Positions 38,029-47,888 of a DNA stretch of 64,000 bases are shown here, piece by piece (within the stretch, counting starts at the first letter, position 1; every line of letters begins with the position of its first letter). A program made the translations under genes and the position numbers. This DNA is from an uncultured virus (IMG/VR IMGVR_UViG_3300021961_000027) (lineage: Duplodnaviria; Heunggongvirae; Uroviricota; Caudoviricetes): IMG/VR virus record IMGVR_UViG_3300021961_000027. One strand, given 5' to 3'. Below the pieces are notes generated by a model. The model saw only the letters and a list, made by a program, of their open reading frames with translations, had not been told where the DNA came from and ran no database searches.

Positions 38029-38711
38029 ATTCCAAACCTTCCTCTGTTTGCATTAAAGTTTTGCAATATTTCAGTTGCAGAAAGGGATCTATTATAAACT
38101 TTAAATATTGCACAGTTCATTGGCATTTCGTATCCAGTACTATATCCCCATAATGCTATTCTTCCCGAGCCGCTATTAAAAGTACGAAAAGAAAGATTTT
38201 CTGAGCCAGTTTGTTGTGATAGTGATTGCGAAACTGTGTTAATATAAATTTTATTATTTGTATATGCAACATCACTTCGCATTTCAAAAATATATTGTTT
38301 CCAGTTGCCTACACAACCTAAGCTTGTTACTGTTGCTGCTGATATCCCATATACATCACCATTCCCTGTATTGTATCCGATGGTGCCAGTCCAACAATAA
38401 ACATCGTAAGCAGACCAGCCCATCATCATTTTTCCACTAAATCCTGCGCCTAAATTAACCCACATTTCTACACTTGCAGTTGTTGTTAAATTAGGCGCAT
38501 AAAAGTCTGCATAATCATTTACACCATCAAATGTAATGTAACCAGAATTAGAAGAAGAAAATGTTGGGCCGTTTACTAAACTTGAAACGCCATTAAAAGT
38601 AGATATGTCTCTAAAATTTGTACCACTGCCGGGATAACTCTTTATATTTGCTGCGTCTAGGCAAAGCACTAAGCCATTTGTTACCATATTTGGATTATGA
38701 TATAGACTCAT
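38025..38711 (-). CDS. LamG/ConA-like protein, member 7
   Basis: Conserved N- and C-terminal array motifs. Confidence 0.85.
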   Translation of the reverse strand: MSLYHNPNMVTNGLVLCLDAANIKSYPGSGTNFRDISTFNGVSSLVNGPTFSSSNSGYITFDGVNDYADFYAPNLTTTASVEMWVNLGAGFSGKMMMGWSAYDVYCWTGTIGYNTGNGDVYGISAATVTSLGCVGNWKQYIFEMRSDVAYTNNKIYINTVSQSLSQQTGSENLSFRTFNSGSGRIALWGYSTGYEMPMNCAIFKVYNRSLSATEILQNFNANRGRFGI

Positions 38712-39412
38712 ATACCAAACCTGCCTCTAAGCGCATTAAAGTTTTGTGATACTTCATTAGCAGATATGGCTCTATCGTAGACGTAAATCACTGCTATCCT
38801 TCCTGCAAAATTGTAAGCATTTAGCACGCTGTTTGGGCCTCCTATTCCCAAATTGGTTAATGAAGAAGCTGTTCCTGGAAAATTTGCCGTAGTTGAGGCG
38901 AATAATGAATCGTTTTTATAAACTCTCATAGTTGTAAAATCACAGGTCATAGTTATATTAATCCATGTATTTAAAGGTTCTGAAATATTCTGTGATATAT
39001 TCCATCTATTTGCGGAAGTTGCAATATTGAAATAATCAATCGATCCGCTATCATTCAGTAGCAAGTCTACTCCTTGATTGTTGCCTCCACCAGATGTTGA
39101 AAAAACGTATTGACTTGCTCCAGTGCTTGTTGGATAAATCCACACTGATACAGTTATCCCCGATGTAGATCCTGGATTTGTTAAAAGTGTGTTTCCAATA
39201 TTGCTTATTGTTGCATAATTAGTGCTTGAAAAAGTTAAGTATCCTCCATTGCCAGAATTATATGTTACTCCAGCAGTCATTGAAGCTGCAAAACGATTTA
39301 ATCCCATATCGGTCCAAGTAGTACCAGCACCTGGATATGATTTCACATTTCCTGCATCTAAAGACAGATATAATCCATTAGAAGTAACAAAAGGATTGTA
39401 TCCAATTGCCAT
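38708..39412 (-). CDS. LamG/ConA-like protein, member 8
   Basis: Conserved N- and C-terminal array motifs. Confidence 0.85.
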   Translation of the reverse strand: MAIGYNPFVTSNGLYLSLDAGNVKSYPGAGTTWTDMGLNRFAASMTAGVTYNSGNGGYLTFSSTNYATISNIGNTLLTNPGSTSGITVSVWIYPTSTGASQYVFSTSGGGNNQGVDLLLNDSGSIDYFNIATSANRWNISQNISEPLNTWINITMTCDFTTMRVYKNDSLFASTTANFPGTASSLTNLGIGGPNSVLNAYNFAGRIAVIYVYDRAISANEVSQNFNALRGRFGI

Positions 39413-40098
39413 TAAACACCAAACCTGCCTCTAAGCGCATTAAAGTTTTGTGAAACTTCTGCTGCTGTCAAGACTTTGTTATAAATTTGTACTGCAGAAA
39501 TGCTGCCTGCAAAAAATCCTATTCCTCCATTTATGCTTCCTATTGTCATAGTAGTTGGAGAAGTTAAGGATTGTGTTCCGCCACTTGTTACAGCACTTAA
39601 AATTCCATTAACATATAAAGACAAAGATCCAGAAGCTTTTATTCTGGTGCCGACAGCATAAGTCCATGTGTTTGAATTATAAGTTGCAGAACTTACAGCG
39701 GTCCTATCCGGATTGCCCGTTCCAAACATTAGTTTTCCTGCTCCTAGAGATAGTCCATAATCATTTACTACACTACCAACTTCGCAATCAACTAATCCTC
39801 TGCCATTGTACCATTGATCAGCGGTGCCAGCATTTTGTGTTGACTTAAACCAACAGCAAAGAGAAAAATCGTCCTGTACTGGCCTTGTTAATACTGCATA
39901 ATCATTTACACCATCAAATGTAAAAAATCCTCCATTTGATGATGAAAAAGTTGGGCCATTTGTAAGGGTAGAGTTATAATTTCCACCAGCTATATCATTC
40001 CACGCAGTACCAGTGCCAGAATATGATCGTGTATTTGCAGGATCAAAAGCTGCTACTAATCCATTTGCAGAAATACTAGTGTTATAAGCTATTGCCAT
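39412..40098 (-). CDS. LamG/ConA-like protein, member 9
   Basis: First gene of the - block; GAGGAG SD and TAAATA at 40116-40121. Confidence 0.85.
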   Translation of the reverse strand: MAIAYNTSISANGLVAAFDPANTRSYSGTGTAWNDIAGGNYNSTLTNGPTFSSSNGGFFTFDGVNDYAVLTRPVQDDFSLCCWFKSTQNAGTADQWYNGRGLVDCEVGSVVNDYGLSLGAGKLMFGTGNPDRTAVSSATYNSNTWTYAVGTRIKASGSLSLYVNGILSAVTSGGTQSLTSPTTMTIGSINGGIGFFAGSISAVQIYNKVLTAAEVSQNFNALRGRFGV

Positions 40099-40194
40099 AA
40101 ATTCTCCTCATACCCTATTTACTTTGAAAAATTGCTTATTTTATTGAATTTTTCAAATTAAAGTCTATAATGTGGGAAGCATGAGGAGACACCG

Positions 40195-40737
40195 ATGATT
40201 TCATTTCCCGCTGGTAACGCTATCCCTGCTGATAAATTTGAAAAACAAGGTAATAAATTTCATCCAGAAATGCAATTAATTGTAACTCCCGCTATGGAGT
40301 TGGAATCTTCTTACATAAAAAAATTACTACACAAATACAGTAATGAGTTTTTGGCTTATTGGATAGAAGAAGCTATAGGTGGTAGTTATTCAGTAGAAAT
40401 ACAATTCAAAAATAAAGTTGCAGCTAATAATGCATTAAAAGAATATAACAGAGCTTTTAAAAAAGGCGGAGAGATTTATGAAGAAAAGAAAAAAATGGCA
40501 AGTAAAGCCAAAAAGAAACTCATATGCAATAGAATGTATGTTCTAGAAGATGGAAAAGAATTTTGGTATTTTGGCAAGTGGGATAATTATGGAAACTTAG
40601 TTGGCAAAGTTGTTGCAGATGATGCTTACCTGTTTAATAGCAGTGACAAACTTGCTCTTGAAAATTTGATAATTCACAGAACTAAATTAGAAAATGCTAC
40701 ACTGGTTCCAATTGGAAAAGAAAGATGGAGCTTTTAA
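40195..40737 (+). CDS. hypothetical protein
   Basis: GAGGAG SD; TATAAT upstream. Confidence 0.7.
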   Translation: MISFPAGNAIPADKFEKQGNKFHPEMQLIVTPAMELESSYIKKLLHKYSNEFLAYWIEEAIGGSYSVEIQFKNKVAANNALKEYNRAFKKGGEIYEEKKKMASKAKKKLICNRMYVLEDGKEFWYFGKWDNYGNLVGKVVADDAYLFNSSDKLALENLIIHRTKLENATLVPIGKERWSF

Positions 40738-40749
40738 GATAAATAAATT

Positions 40750-41373
40750 GTGAAAAACAAAACTTTAATTCTTGGTTTAGGAACAGGTCGTTGCGGCACA
40801 TCTTTTTTATTTGATTTAATAAATGCACAGGAAGGTATTTTTTGCACTAATGAAAGAATAAATTGGGGATGGTATTACAACGGCGAAATAACTAAAAAAT
40901 TATCTCCACTAAAAGAGTGGGAAGAAAGTGGAAAAAATAAAATATGCGATGTTGGATCATACACCTTGCCACATGTAAGAAGACTAGCGGAAATTTACCC
41001 TGAAGTAAGACTCATATTTATTAGGAGGAACAGACAGGCAACAATTACAAGTTGGCTAAATTGGACAAATGTTTTTCACAACTATTGGGTTCCCCATAAA
41101 CTTGAAATATGGAAAGATGATCCCTATGATTTTCTTTTCCCTAAATTCATAAGTTTAGAAAGATTTCCAAAAAGTATAGCTATCGGGAGCTATTATGATT
41201 TATATTACGAGGAGTGTAGTAGATTAGCTTTGTCATATCAGCATATTTGGATTGAAACAGAAAGTTTAGATGAAATAAAAACAAAAGAAAAAATTTTAGA
41301 TTTTTGTGGATTTGAAAAAAATAAATGGAATTTAGATGTTGAATGTAGAAGAAATGCTGGTAACTATAATTAA
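40750..41373 (+). CDS. sulfotransferase-like P-loop protein
   Basis: ILGLGTGRCGTS (5'-PSB-like) and IFIRRN...SW (3'-PB-like). Confidence 0.7.
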   Translation: MKNKTLILGLGTGRCGTSFLFDLINAQEGIFCTNERINWGWYYNGEITKKLSPLKEWEESGKNKICDVGSYTLPHVRRLAEIYPEVRLIFIRRNRQATITSWLNWTNVFHNYWVPHKLEIWKDDPYDFLFPKFISLERFPKSIAIGSYYDLYYEECSRLALSYQHIWIETESLDEIKTKEKILDFCGFEKNKWNLDVECRRNAGNYN

Positions 41374-41407
41374 TTGAATCGTTTGTTCCATATGTTTATA
41401 ATATGGA

Positions 41408-41788
41408 ATGGAGAATTGGCATGATAACTATGGAATGGAGAAAGTTTGTAGAAGTTGTAGCATTGTCAAAAATATAGAAGAGTTTCCTTTCTTTAGTACA
41501 TCAGAAGCTGGTAGAAAAAATACTTGCAAGGAATGCACTAAAAAGCTTGTTAATCTAAGAGCAAAACTCAAATCTGAAAATCCTATTCCTCCTCCCGGCA
41601 AGTGTCCTATCTGCAATTTAATGACAAACTCATGGATTTTAGACCATTGTCATTTCACAAATAAGTTCCGTGGCTATATCTGTAATAGCTGTAATTTAGG
41701 CATCGGCAGATTTAATGATGATGTCAATTTATTGATGAAAGCTATAGAATATTTAAAATCTGATGACTACGAAGATTACTGTATTTAA
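41408..41788 (+). CDS. endonuclease VII domain protein (possibly homing-type)
   Basis: CPIC...LDHCH.T.K.RG..C.SCN.G.G.F.D plus N-terminal CxxC pairs. Confidence 0.85.
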   Translation: MENWHDNYGMEKVCRSCSIVKNIEEFPFFSTSEAGRKNTCKECTKKLVNLRAKLKSENPIPPPGKCPICNLMTNSWILDHCHFTNKFRGYICNSCNLGIGRFNDDVNLLMKAIEYLKSDDYEDYCI

Positions 41789-41799
41789 TATATACTTTT

Positions 41800-43137
41800 A
41801 TGGCAATCGGATACAATCCATCAGCAATTTCACAAGGACTAGTTCTAGCACTAGATGCTGCAAATAGTAAAAGTTATCCAGGTTCTGGAACTACTTGGTT
41901 TGATATGAGTGGCAACTCGAACAACGGATCTTTAGTAAATGCACCAGCTTTTACTTTTTCAAGTGTATATTTTGATGGCAACGGAGATTATTTAAGCGTA
42001 GCAAACAATTCTGTTTTTCAATTAGGTTCAGGGAACTGGACAATAGAATGTTGGATTTATATTACAAGTGCTGTTAATTACAATGGTATTGTTTCTAAAA
42101 GGGTTGCAGGCACCTATGATGCTTATTGTATAGGAACCGATGCTAGCAATAATTTATGGATAACAATAACGAATACGGCAGGAACTTGGACATTAGGTGG
42201 AGTTACTTTGGCAACAGGAGTCACAACTAATACATGGCACCATATAGCAGTGGTGAGAAACAGCAACACAATTACTGGATATTTAAATGGCATAGCAGGG
42301 TCTACTCCACAAACATTTACTGGTTCGGTGTATGATTCAGGACAATCACTTTATATTGGTTCTGCTAATGCAAATGGTAGCGGTCAGTTTTTTAATGGTA
42401 ATATTAGTAATTTTAGAATAATTAAAGGAACCGCATTATATACATCAAATTTTACATCACCATCATCTCCACTTACTGCTATTTCCGGCACATCTATACT
42501 TACATGTGCATCAAATACAATCACTGATGGTTCCTCAAATGCTTTTGCTATAACAGTGGCAGGAAATTCAGCAGTAAGTGGAAACTCACCATTTAGAGGA
42601 ACCACATCCTACTCAGCTAATGCTTTAGCATTTGATGGCACAGATGATTATGTAACAGTGCCAGACTCTGCTAGTACAAATACATTTTCAGCAATAACTT
42701 TAGAAATGGTTGTCAAATATACATCTACATCAAATCAAATTTTTGCACAAAAATGGAATTACGGAATAAACGCTGGATATGGTATAGAAATATTTTCCTC
42801 CTCTATTTATGGATACGCAGTAGCGTCTCCCGGTACTTATGCTACTGTATCAGTAGCATCTTATCCAGCAAACAGAATTTATCATATAGCGCTTACAATG
42901 AGTGGTTCAACACAAACTTTATACATAAATGGTACATCAGTTGCAAGCAATAGTGGAGGGGGGTTTCCATCTTTTGGAGGTTACGATTTTCGAATTGGAG
43001 GTAGGTCAAACGGTGGTGGAGGAAACGATTCAAAATTTACAGGAACGATGTACTACACAAAAATATATAATCAAGCTCTAACCCTATCTCAGATACAACA
43101 AAATTATAATGCTTTGAGAGGAAGGTTTGGAATATAA
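41800..43137 (+). CDS. LamG/ConA-like protein with a nested second LamG, member 10
   Basis: Insert SVYFDGNGDYL...WTIECW...ISNFRIIKGTALY within the array scaffold. Confidence 0.82.
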   Translation: MAIGYNPSAISQGLVLALDAANSKSYPGSGTTWFDMSGNSNNGSLVNAPAFTFSSVYFDGNGDYLSVANNSVFQLGSGNWTIECWIYITSAVNYNGIVSKRVAGTYDAYCIGTDASNNLWITITNTAGTWTLGGVTLATGVTTNTWHHIAVVRNSNTITGYLNGIAGSTPQTFTGSVYDSGQSLYIGSANANGSGQFFNGNISNFRIIKGTALYTSNFTSPSSPLTAISGTSILTCASNTITDGSSNAFAITVAGNSAVSGNSPFRGTTSYSANALAFDGTDDYVTVPDSASTNTFSAITLEMVVKYTSTSNQIFAQKWNYGINAGYGIEIFSSSIYGYAVASPGTYATVSVASYPANRIYHIALTMSGSTQTLYINGTSVASNSGGGFPSFGGYDFRIGGRSNGGGGNDSKFTGTMYYTKIYNQALTLSQIQQNYNALRGRFGI

Positions 43138-43826
43138 TGGCGCTTGGACACAATCCTACAATACTTTCAAATGGAATTTTCCTTAATTATGATGCTGCTA
43201 ACACAAAATCATATTCCGGCACTGGAACATTATGGACTAGTATAGCAGGTGTTGCCATTCCTGGAACTTTGACTAATGGACCGACTTTTTCATCTTCAAA
43301 TGGTGGCAATATAATACTTGATGGTGTTAATGATTATATTGATTTAGGATCATCAACATTAATTTATAATAACTTAACAACAAATAGAATTACCATGAAT
43401 CTATGGGCAAAATCAACTGGAACTACTGGAGGAGGACAGAGAATTTTTTTTGACAGCGGGAGTTTAGAATATATTCAATGCGATCTTTTTACAGATCTTC
43501 CAGGGTTTTTAGTGAGTACGGCTACATCTGGATATGTGAGAGCAAGAGCAACATCAACTATGACTGTTGGAACTTGGTTCAATATAACAGGAGTTTACGA
43601 TGGCTCAAATGTAATAATGTACATAAATGGCAAATTTGAGCAACAAACTGCCGCAACTGGTAATTTGAGTACTCAGTCATCGGATTATGCTGCAATAGGC
43701 AGACAACCAACATCAGGTTACTATGCTTACGCTTCTATTGCATACTTTTCTCTTTATAACCGAGCTTTGTCTGCTACTGAAGTATTAAATAATTTTGTAG
43801 CGTTAAGAGGAAGGTTTGGAGTATGA
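43137..43826 (+). CDS. LamG/ConA-like protein, member 11
   Basis: Conserved N- and C-terminal array motifs. Confidence 0.85.
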   Translation: MALGHNPTILSNGIFLNYDAANTKSYSGTGTLWTSIAGVAIPGTLTNGPTFSSSNGGNIILDGVNDYIDLGSSTLIYNNLTTNRITMNLWAKSTGTTGGGQRIFFDSGSLEYIQCDLFTDLPGFLVSTATSGYVRARATSTMTVGTWFNITGVYDGSNVIMYINGKFEQQTAATGNLSTQSSDYAAIGRQPTSGYYAYASIAYFSLYNRALSATEVLNNFVALRGRFGV

Positions 43827-44521
43827 GTGCAAATGCTGGAGTTGATATTGTAGAGAATGGACTAGTTCTATTTGTAGATGCTGGAAACAGAAGGTGTTAT
43901 CCAGGCACTGGCACTACTATGTTTGACTTAAGCCCAAGTGGTAGAAATGGGACTTTGGTATCATCAACACAATATAATTCTGCTGGATACATTCAATATG
44001 CTGGTGCTACTGTTAACACAGAAACATCTGTGACTTCTGTTCCAATTAATACAAGTACAGGCAATACAGTAGAACAGTGGATTTATCTTGATGCAGCACA
44101 AGCTAATGGTAATATGCCATTTACATGGGGGACAAATACTCTAGACTTGTGGGCCTACAATGATACTTTTGGAATAAATAATTCCAGCAGTTTAGTTTAT
44201 GGGATTAGCGGTGCAAATAGTATTTTAGTCGGTAAATGGTGTCATGTTGTTGTTTATTTTCCTTATAACTGGTCTGCTTCCTATACAAATTCTAAAATGT
44301 GGCTAAATGGTGTATCTAGAACTATGGCTATACAAGCTGGTACTTTGACAAATGTTACTTTATCTTCTTTGCAAAATGTAAATATCGGAGGAGGATACTC
44401 TGGAATTGATGATTATAACTGGAACGGAAGAATAGCAATCACAAAAATTTATAACAGAGAATTAAGCACTGCAGAAGCACAACAAAACTTTAATGCATTA
44501 AGAAGTAGGTTTGGAATATGA
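43823..44521 (+). CDS. LamG/ConA-like protein, member 12
   Basis: MSANAGVDIVENGL start; ends NALRSRFGI. Confidence 0.85.
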   Translation: MSANAGVDIVENGLVLFVDAGNRRCYPGTGTTMFDLSPSGRNGTLVSSTQYNSAGYIQYAGATVNTETSVTSVPINTSTGNTVEQWIYLDAAQANGNMPFTWGTNTLDLWAYNDTFGINNSSSLVYGISGANSILVGKWCHVVVYFPYNWSASYTNSKMWLNGVSRTMAIQAGTLTNVTLSSLQNVNIGGGYSGIDDYNWNGRIAITKIYNRELSTAEAQQNFNALRSRFGI

Positions 44522-45210
44522 GCGCAAATGCTGGAGTTGATATTGTAGAAAATGGTCTAGCGTTATTTATTGATGCAGGCAATAGAAGATCTTACCCAGG
44601 CGCTGGCACAATATGGTACAATTTGGCAGATAGCCAATACAATTTTACAGTGACTGCAGCGGCTTGGAATGCTGCTGCTGGTAATTCGCCAGCTTTTTTT
44701 AATTTTGAAGGATCTAATGGGGTCGCAGATTTAGGTTCTGATGTACCAAGTTTTAGCAATGCTACAGTCATGGTTTTTACTAGCATTTTAAATAGTGCTG
44801 GTAATTGGCGCACTTTGTTAAGAGGCAACTCCGCAGACCATCAGGTTATTATTGAAAATGGTTCGAATAGACTTGGAATGTATGATAATAATGCTCCTGG
44901 TAATTTTATATATTCTGGTTTTGATATAACATCTCTTCCAAATCCTTACACTCAATTTAATTGTCTTACTTTTAGACTTGCAAACAGTTCCCCATATTAT
45001 CAATTTCAATTCAATTCAAATTCTACTGTCTATTCAATTACCGACCCAAATGCTACTTTTAACAATGGCTTCCGTAGTGTTGGTGGATATTTTAGCGGGC
45101 CTAGTCAATACTGGGGCAAAATTGGGGCCTTTTTGTACTATAACAGACATTTAAGTCAATCCGAAATAGCTCAAAACTTTAATGCATTAAGAAGTAGGTT
45201 TGTAGTATAA
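44518..45210 (+). CDS. LamG/ConA-like protein, member 13
   Basis: MSANAGVDIVENGL start; ends NALRSRFVV. Confidence 0.85.
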   Translation: MSANAGVDIVENGLALFIDAGNRRSYPGAGTIWYNLADSQYNFTVTAAAWNAAAGNSPAFFNFEGSNGVADLGSDVPSFSNATVMVFTSILNSAGNWRTLLRGNSADHQVIIENGSNRLGMYDNNAPGNFIYSGFDITSLPNPYTQFNCLTFRLANSSPYYQFQFNSNSTVYSITDPNATFNNGFRSVGGYFSGPSQYWGKIGAFLYYNRHLSQSEIAQNFNALRSRFVV

Positions 45211-45241
45211 AAAGGGTCCTTAGAAATCTAAATAACATATC

Positions 45242-45928
45242 ATGAGTATTAGTTATAACCCTTTAGTACCAATTCAAGACACAATATTGTATATTGATCC
45301 GGCAAACAGGAGATCATATTCTGGATCTGGAACTACAATTTTTGATCTTTCAGTTGTAAAGAATAACGGAACTCTGACAAATGGACCAACATATAGCACA
45401 TCTAATGGTGGAATTATTACTTTAGATGGTATAAATGATTCTATTGACCTGCCCTATTTATTCTTTAGTCATGATGCTGGCACACCATTTAGTGTATCAA
45501 TATGGTTTAAAACAAGTACATCAGGAATAATTTTTGGACAAACTGGCAGCGGTTATGTACCAGCTATTTATGTAGACACTAATGGCAAAATAAGAACCTC
45601 TTGTTTTTGGGGAGGAAGTGTTGGCAATCAGTCTGTTTCATCCGCATCAGTAAATGATAACCTCTGGCACAACATAACAGTTACATTTGCAAGTACAAGC
45701 CATAGAAGTTATTTAGATGGAAGTTTGTTTGATACTATTGCAAAAACACAAACTACTTATGGAAACAACTACAGTTATTATCTTGGTTATGGTCAATGGA
45801 CAAGTTGGACAAATGCTGGAGCAAATGCTTATTTTACTGGCAGTCTCTCTTCTTTTTGTTTTTGGACTCGTCAGCTAAGTGCAGCAGAAGTGTATCAAAA
45901 TTATTTTGCATCAAAAGGAAGATTTTAA
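45242..45928 (+). CDS. LamG/ConA-like protein, member 14
   Basis: Array motifs; TAAATA at 45229-45234. Confidence 0.85.
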   Translation: MSISYNPLVPIQDTILYIDPANRRSYSGSGTTIFDLSVVKNNGTLTNGPTYSTSNGGIITLDGINDSIDLPYLFFSHDAGTPFSVSIWFKTSTSGIIFGQTGSGYVPAIYVDTNGKIRTSCFWGGSVGNQSVSSASVNDNLWHNITVTFASTSHRSYLDGSLFDTIAKTQTTYGNNYSYYLGYGQWTSWTNAGANAYFTGSLSSFCFWTRQLSAAEVYQNYFASKGRF

Positions 45929-46584
45929 TGGCAATTGGATGTTCTCCAACTATTCCTCTTACCGGCTGCTGCCTTTTATTAGATGCAGGAAATGTAAGAA
46001 GTTATCCAGGTTCTGGCACTACTTGGTTCGATCTTAGTGGTAATAATAATAATGGAACACTTGTTAATGGAGTTACATGGACATCAGCAAATGGCGGATA
46101 TTTTATTTGTGATGGAATTAATGATTATATTGATGTTAATACATCACAAAATTTATATTCGGCAAATCATACAGTCATAGGAGCAACAAGGTATGCTCCA
46201 GGTGCTGCAGGTATAGCGGCAGGCAGAATAATAAATGCACTTACAAATAATTATTTACTAGGACATCATGGAGTAGGATGCCCTCGCTACTATGCTGATG
46301 GATGGATTTGGCAGAGTAATGTTACAAATGTAGATGGTTCCAGTTGGAACTTTCATTCTGGTGTTGGGGATTATAGTTCAGATATATGGACTTATTATGT
46401 CAATACAGCTCTTATTACTTCAAATAACAGTGGTGCTAATGGTCCACTTAATTTTAGATTAGCTCATGGGGGAGCCGAAAGATCATATTGTTATATTGCA
46501 TGTTTATATGCGTGGACAAGAACACTAAGTGCGATTGAAGTAGAAACAGTGGTGGCTTCAATAAGAGGAAGGTATGGTTTATGA
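45928..46584 (+). CDS. LamG/ConA-like protein, member 15
   Basis: Start MAIGCSP (TAATG overlap); ends RGRYGL. Confidence 0.85.
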   Translation: MAIGCSPTIPLTGCCLLLDAGNVRSYPGSGTTWFDLSGNNNNGTLVNGVTWTSANGGYFICDGINDYIDVNTSQNLYSANHTVIGATRYAPGAAGIAAGRIINALTNNYLLGHHGVGCPRYYADGWIWQSNVTNVDGSSWNFHSGVGDYSSDIWTYYVNTALITSNNSGANGPLNFRLAHGGAERSYCYIACLYAWTRTLSAIEVETVVASIRGRYGL

Positions 46585-47888
46585 GTATAGCTGTTGGTCC
46601 TGATGCTGTTGATAATGGTATTGTTTTAGTATACGATGCTGCTAATACAAATTGTTATCCAGGAAGTGGATCAAGCATAACAGATATTTCTAACAATGGA
46701 TATGTTGGAACACTATTAAATTCTGTAGGATTTTCTACAGCAAATGGCGGCGTTTTAACTTTTAATGGAACTAATCAACAAATTACAAATGGATTTAAAC
46801 CAAGTGGTGCAAGAAGTTTCTTCATATGGGTCAAGTATAATAAAATCACAGGTCTGCCCAATAGTTTTAGTCTAACAGGAACACAAGAAATAAATGCTTA
46901 TAATTACATAGGAATTTATGATGGAGGTACTTTTTATTACTACGCTGGGACAACTGGTAATAATTTAGCATCTGTATTTTTAAAAGCAGGCAATTGGTAT
47001 CAACAAGGATTTGTGTTAAATTCAGATGGATCAAGAACTCTATATTTAAATGGTGTTTCAGTAGGATCAGAGGCTGGCGGAGTAGGTGGCACTGCAACTG
47101 GTACTTTCAGTGTTGGTTGTGTTAATTCAAATCATTGGGTTGATGGTCAAATTGGCATGGTTCAACAATTTAATAGACCTTTGACAGCATCTGAAGTTTT
47201 GCAAAATTACAACGCAACAAAAGCTAGATTTACTGCACCTGACTTAATTAGAAACGGTCTAATTCTCAACTATGATGTTGGAAACAATTCTTCTTATGCT
47301 GGAACAGGCACAACTTTAACCGACATAAGTGGATGGGGAATAAATAATGGAACATTGACGAATGGCCCAACTTATAGCAGCAACAACTCTGGGTTTTTAA
47401 CTTTTGATGGCACTAATGACTATGTAGATACAAGTTTTACACCACCAAACATATGCAGCATTTCAATATGGTTTAACAACACAAGCACATACAACATACA
47501 TAACAGAGGCCTTTTTTCAACATATAGTGGTGGAAACTATTTTGGATTTTATCTTGCAACAACTTCTGACGTAGCTGGTGGCCTTCGCATTTGGTATGAT
47601 AACAATGGAAGAACAGTATTGTCATATACTTTTTCGATAAATACATGGTACAATATAGCTATTACTAGTTCTGGTTCTACAATTTTAGTTTATGTTAATG
47701 GTACTTTAGTAAATACAATTTCTTCTGTATCAACAACACATGCAGGTCCAATAGGAATTGGCCTATCTAGGTATGATAACAATTATTGGTTGGGCAACAT
47801 ATCTGCTTGCGCTATTTATAATCGAGTTTTAACTGCATCTGAGATAACACAAAACTTCAACGCTCTAAGATGGAGATACAATATATGA
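46581..47888 (+). CDS. tandem double LamG/ConA-like protein, member 16
   Basis: Two full units joined at ...ATKARF-TAPDLIRNGLIL... Confidence 0.85.
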   Translation: MSIAVGPDAVDNGIVLVYDAANTNCYPGSGSSITDISNNGYVGTLLNSVGFSTANGGVLTFNGTNQQITNGFKPSGARSFFIWVKYNKITGLPNSFSLTGTQEINAYNYIGIYDGGTFYYYAGTTGNNLASVFLKAGNWYQQGFVLNSDGSRTLYLNGVSVGSEAGGVGGTATGTFSVGCVNSNHWVDGQIGMVQQFNRPLTASEVLQNYNATKARFTAPDLIRNGLILNYDVGNNSSYAGTGTTLTDISGWGINNGTLTNGPTYSSNNSGFLTFDGTNDYVDTSFTPPNICSISIWFNNTSTYNIHNRGLFSTYSGGNYFGFYLATTSDVAGGLRIWYDNNGRTVLSYTFSINTWYNIAITSSGSTILVYVNGTLVNTISSVSTTHAGPIGIGLSRYDNNYWLGNISACAIYNRVLTASEITQNFNALRWRYNI

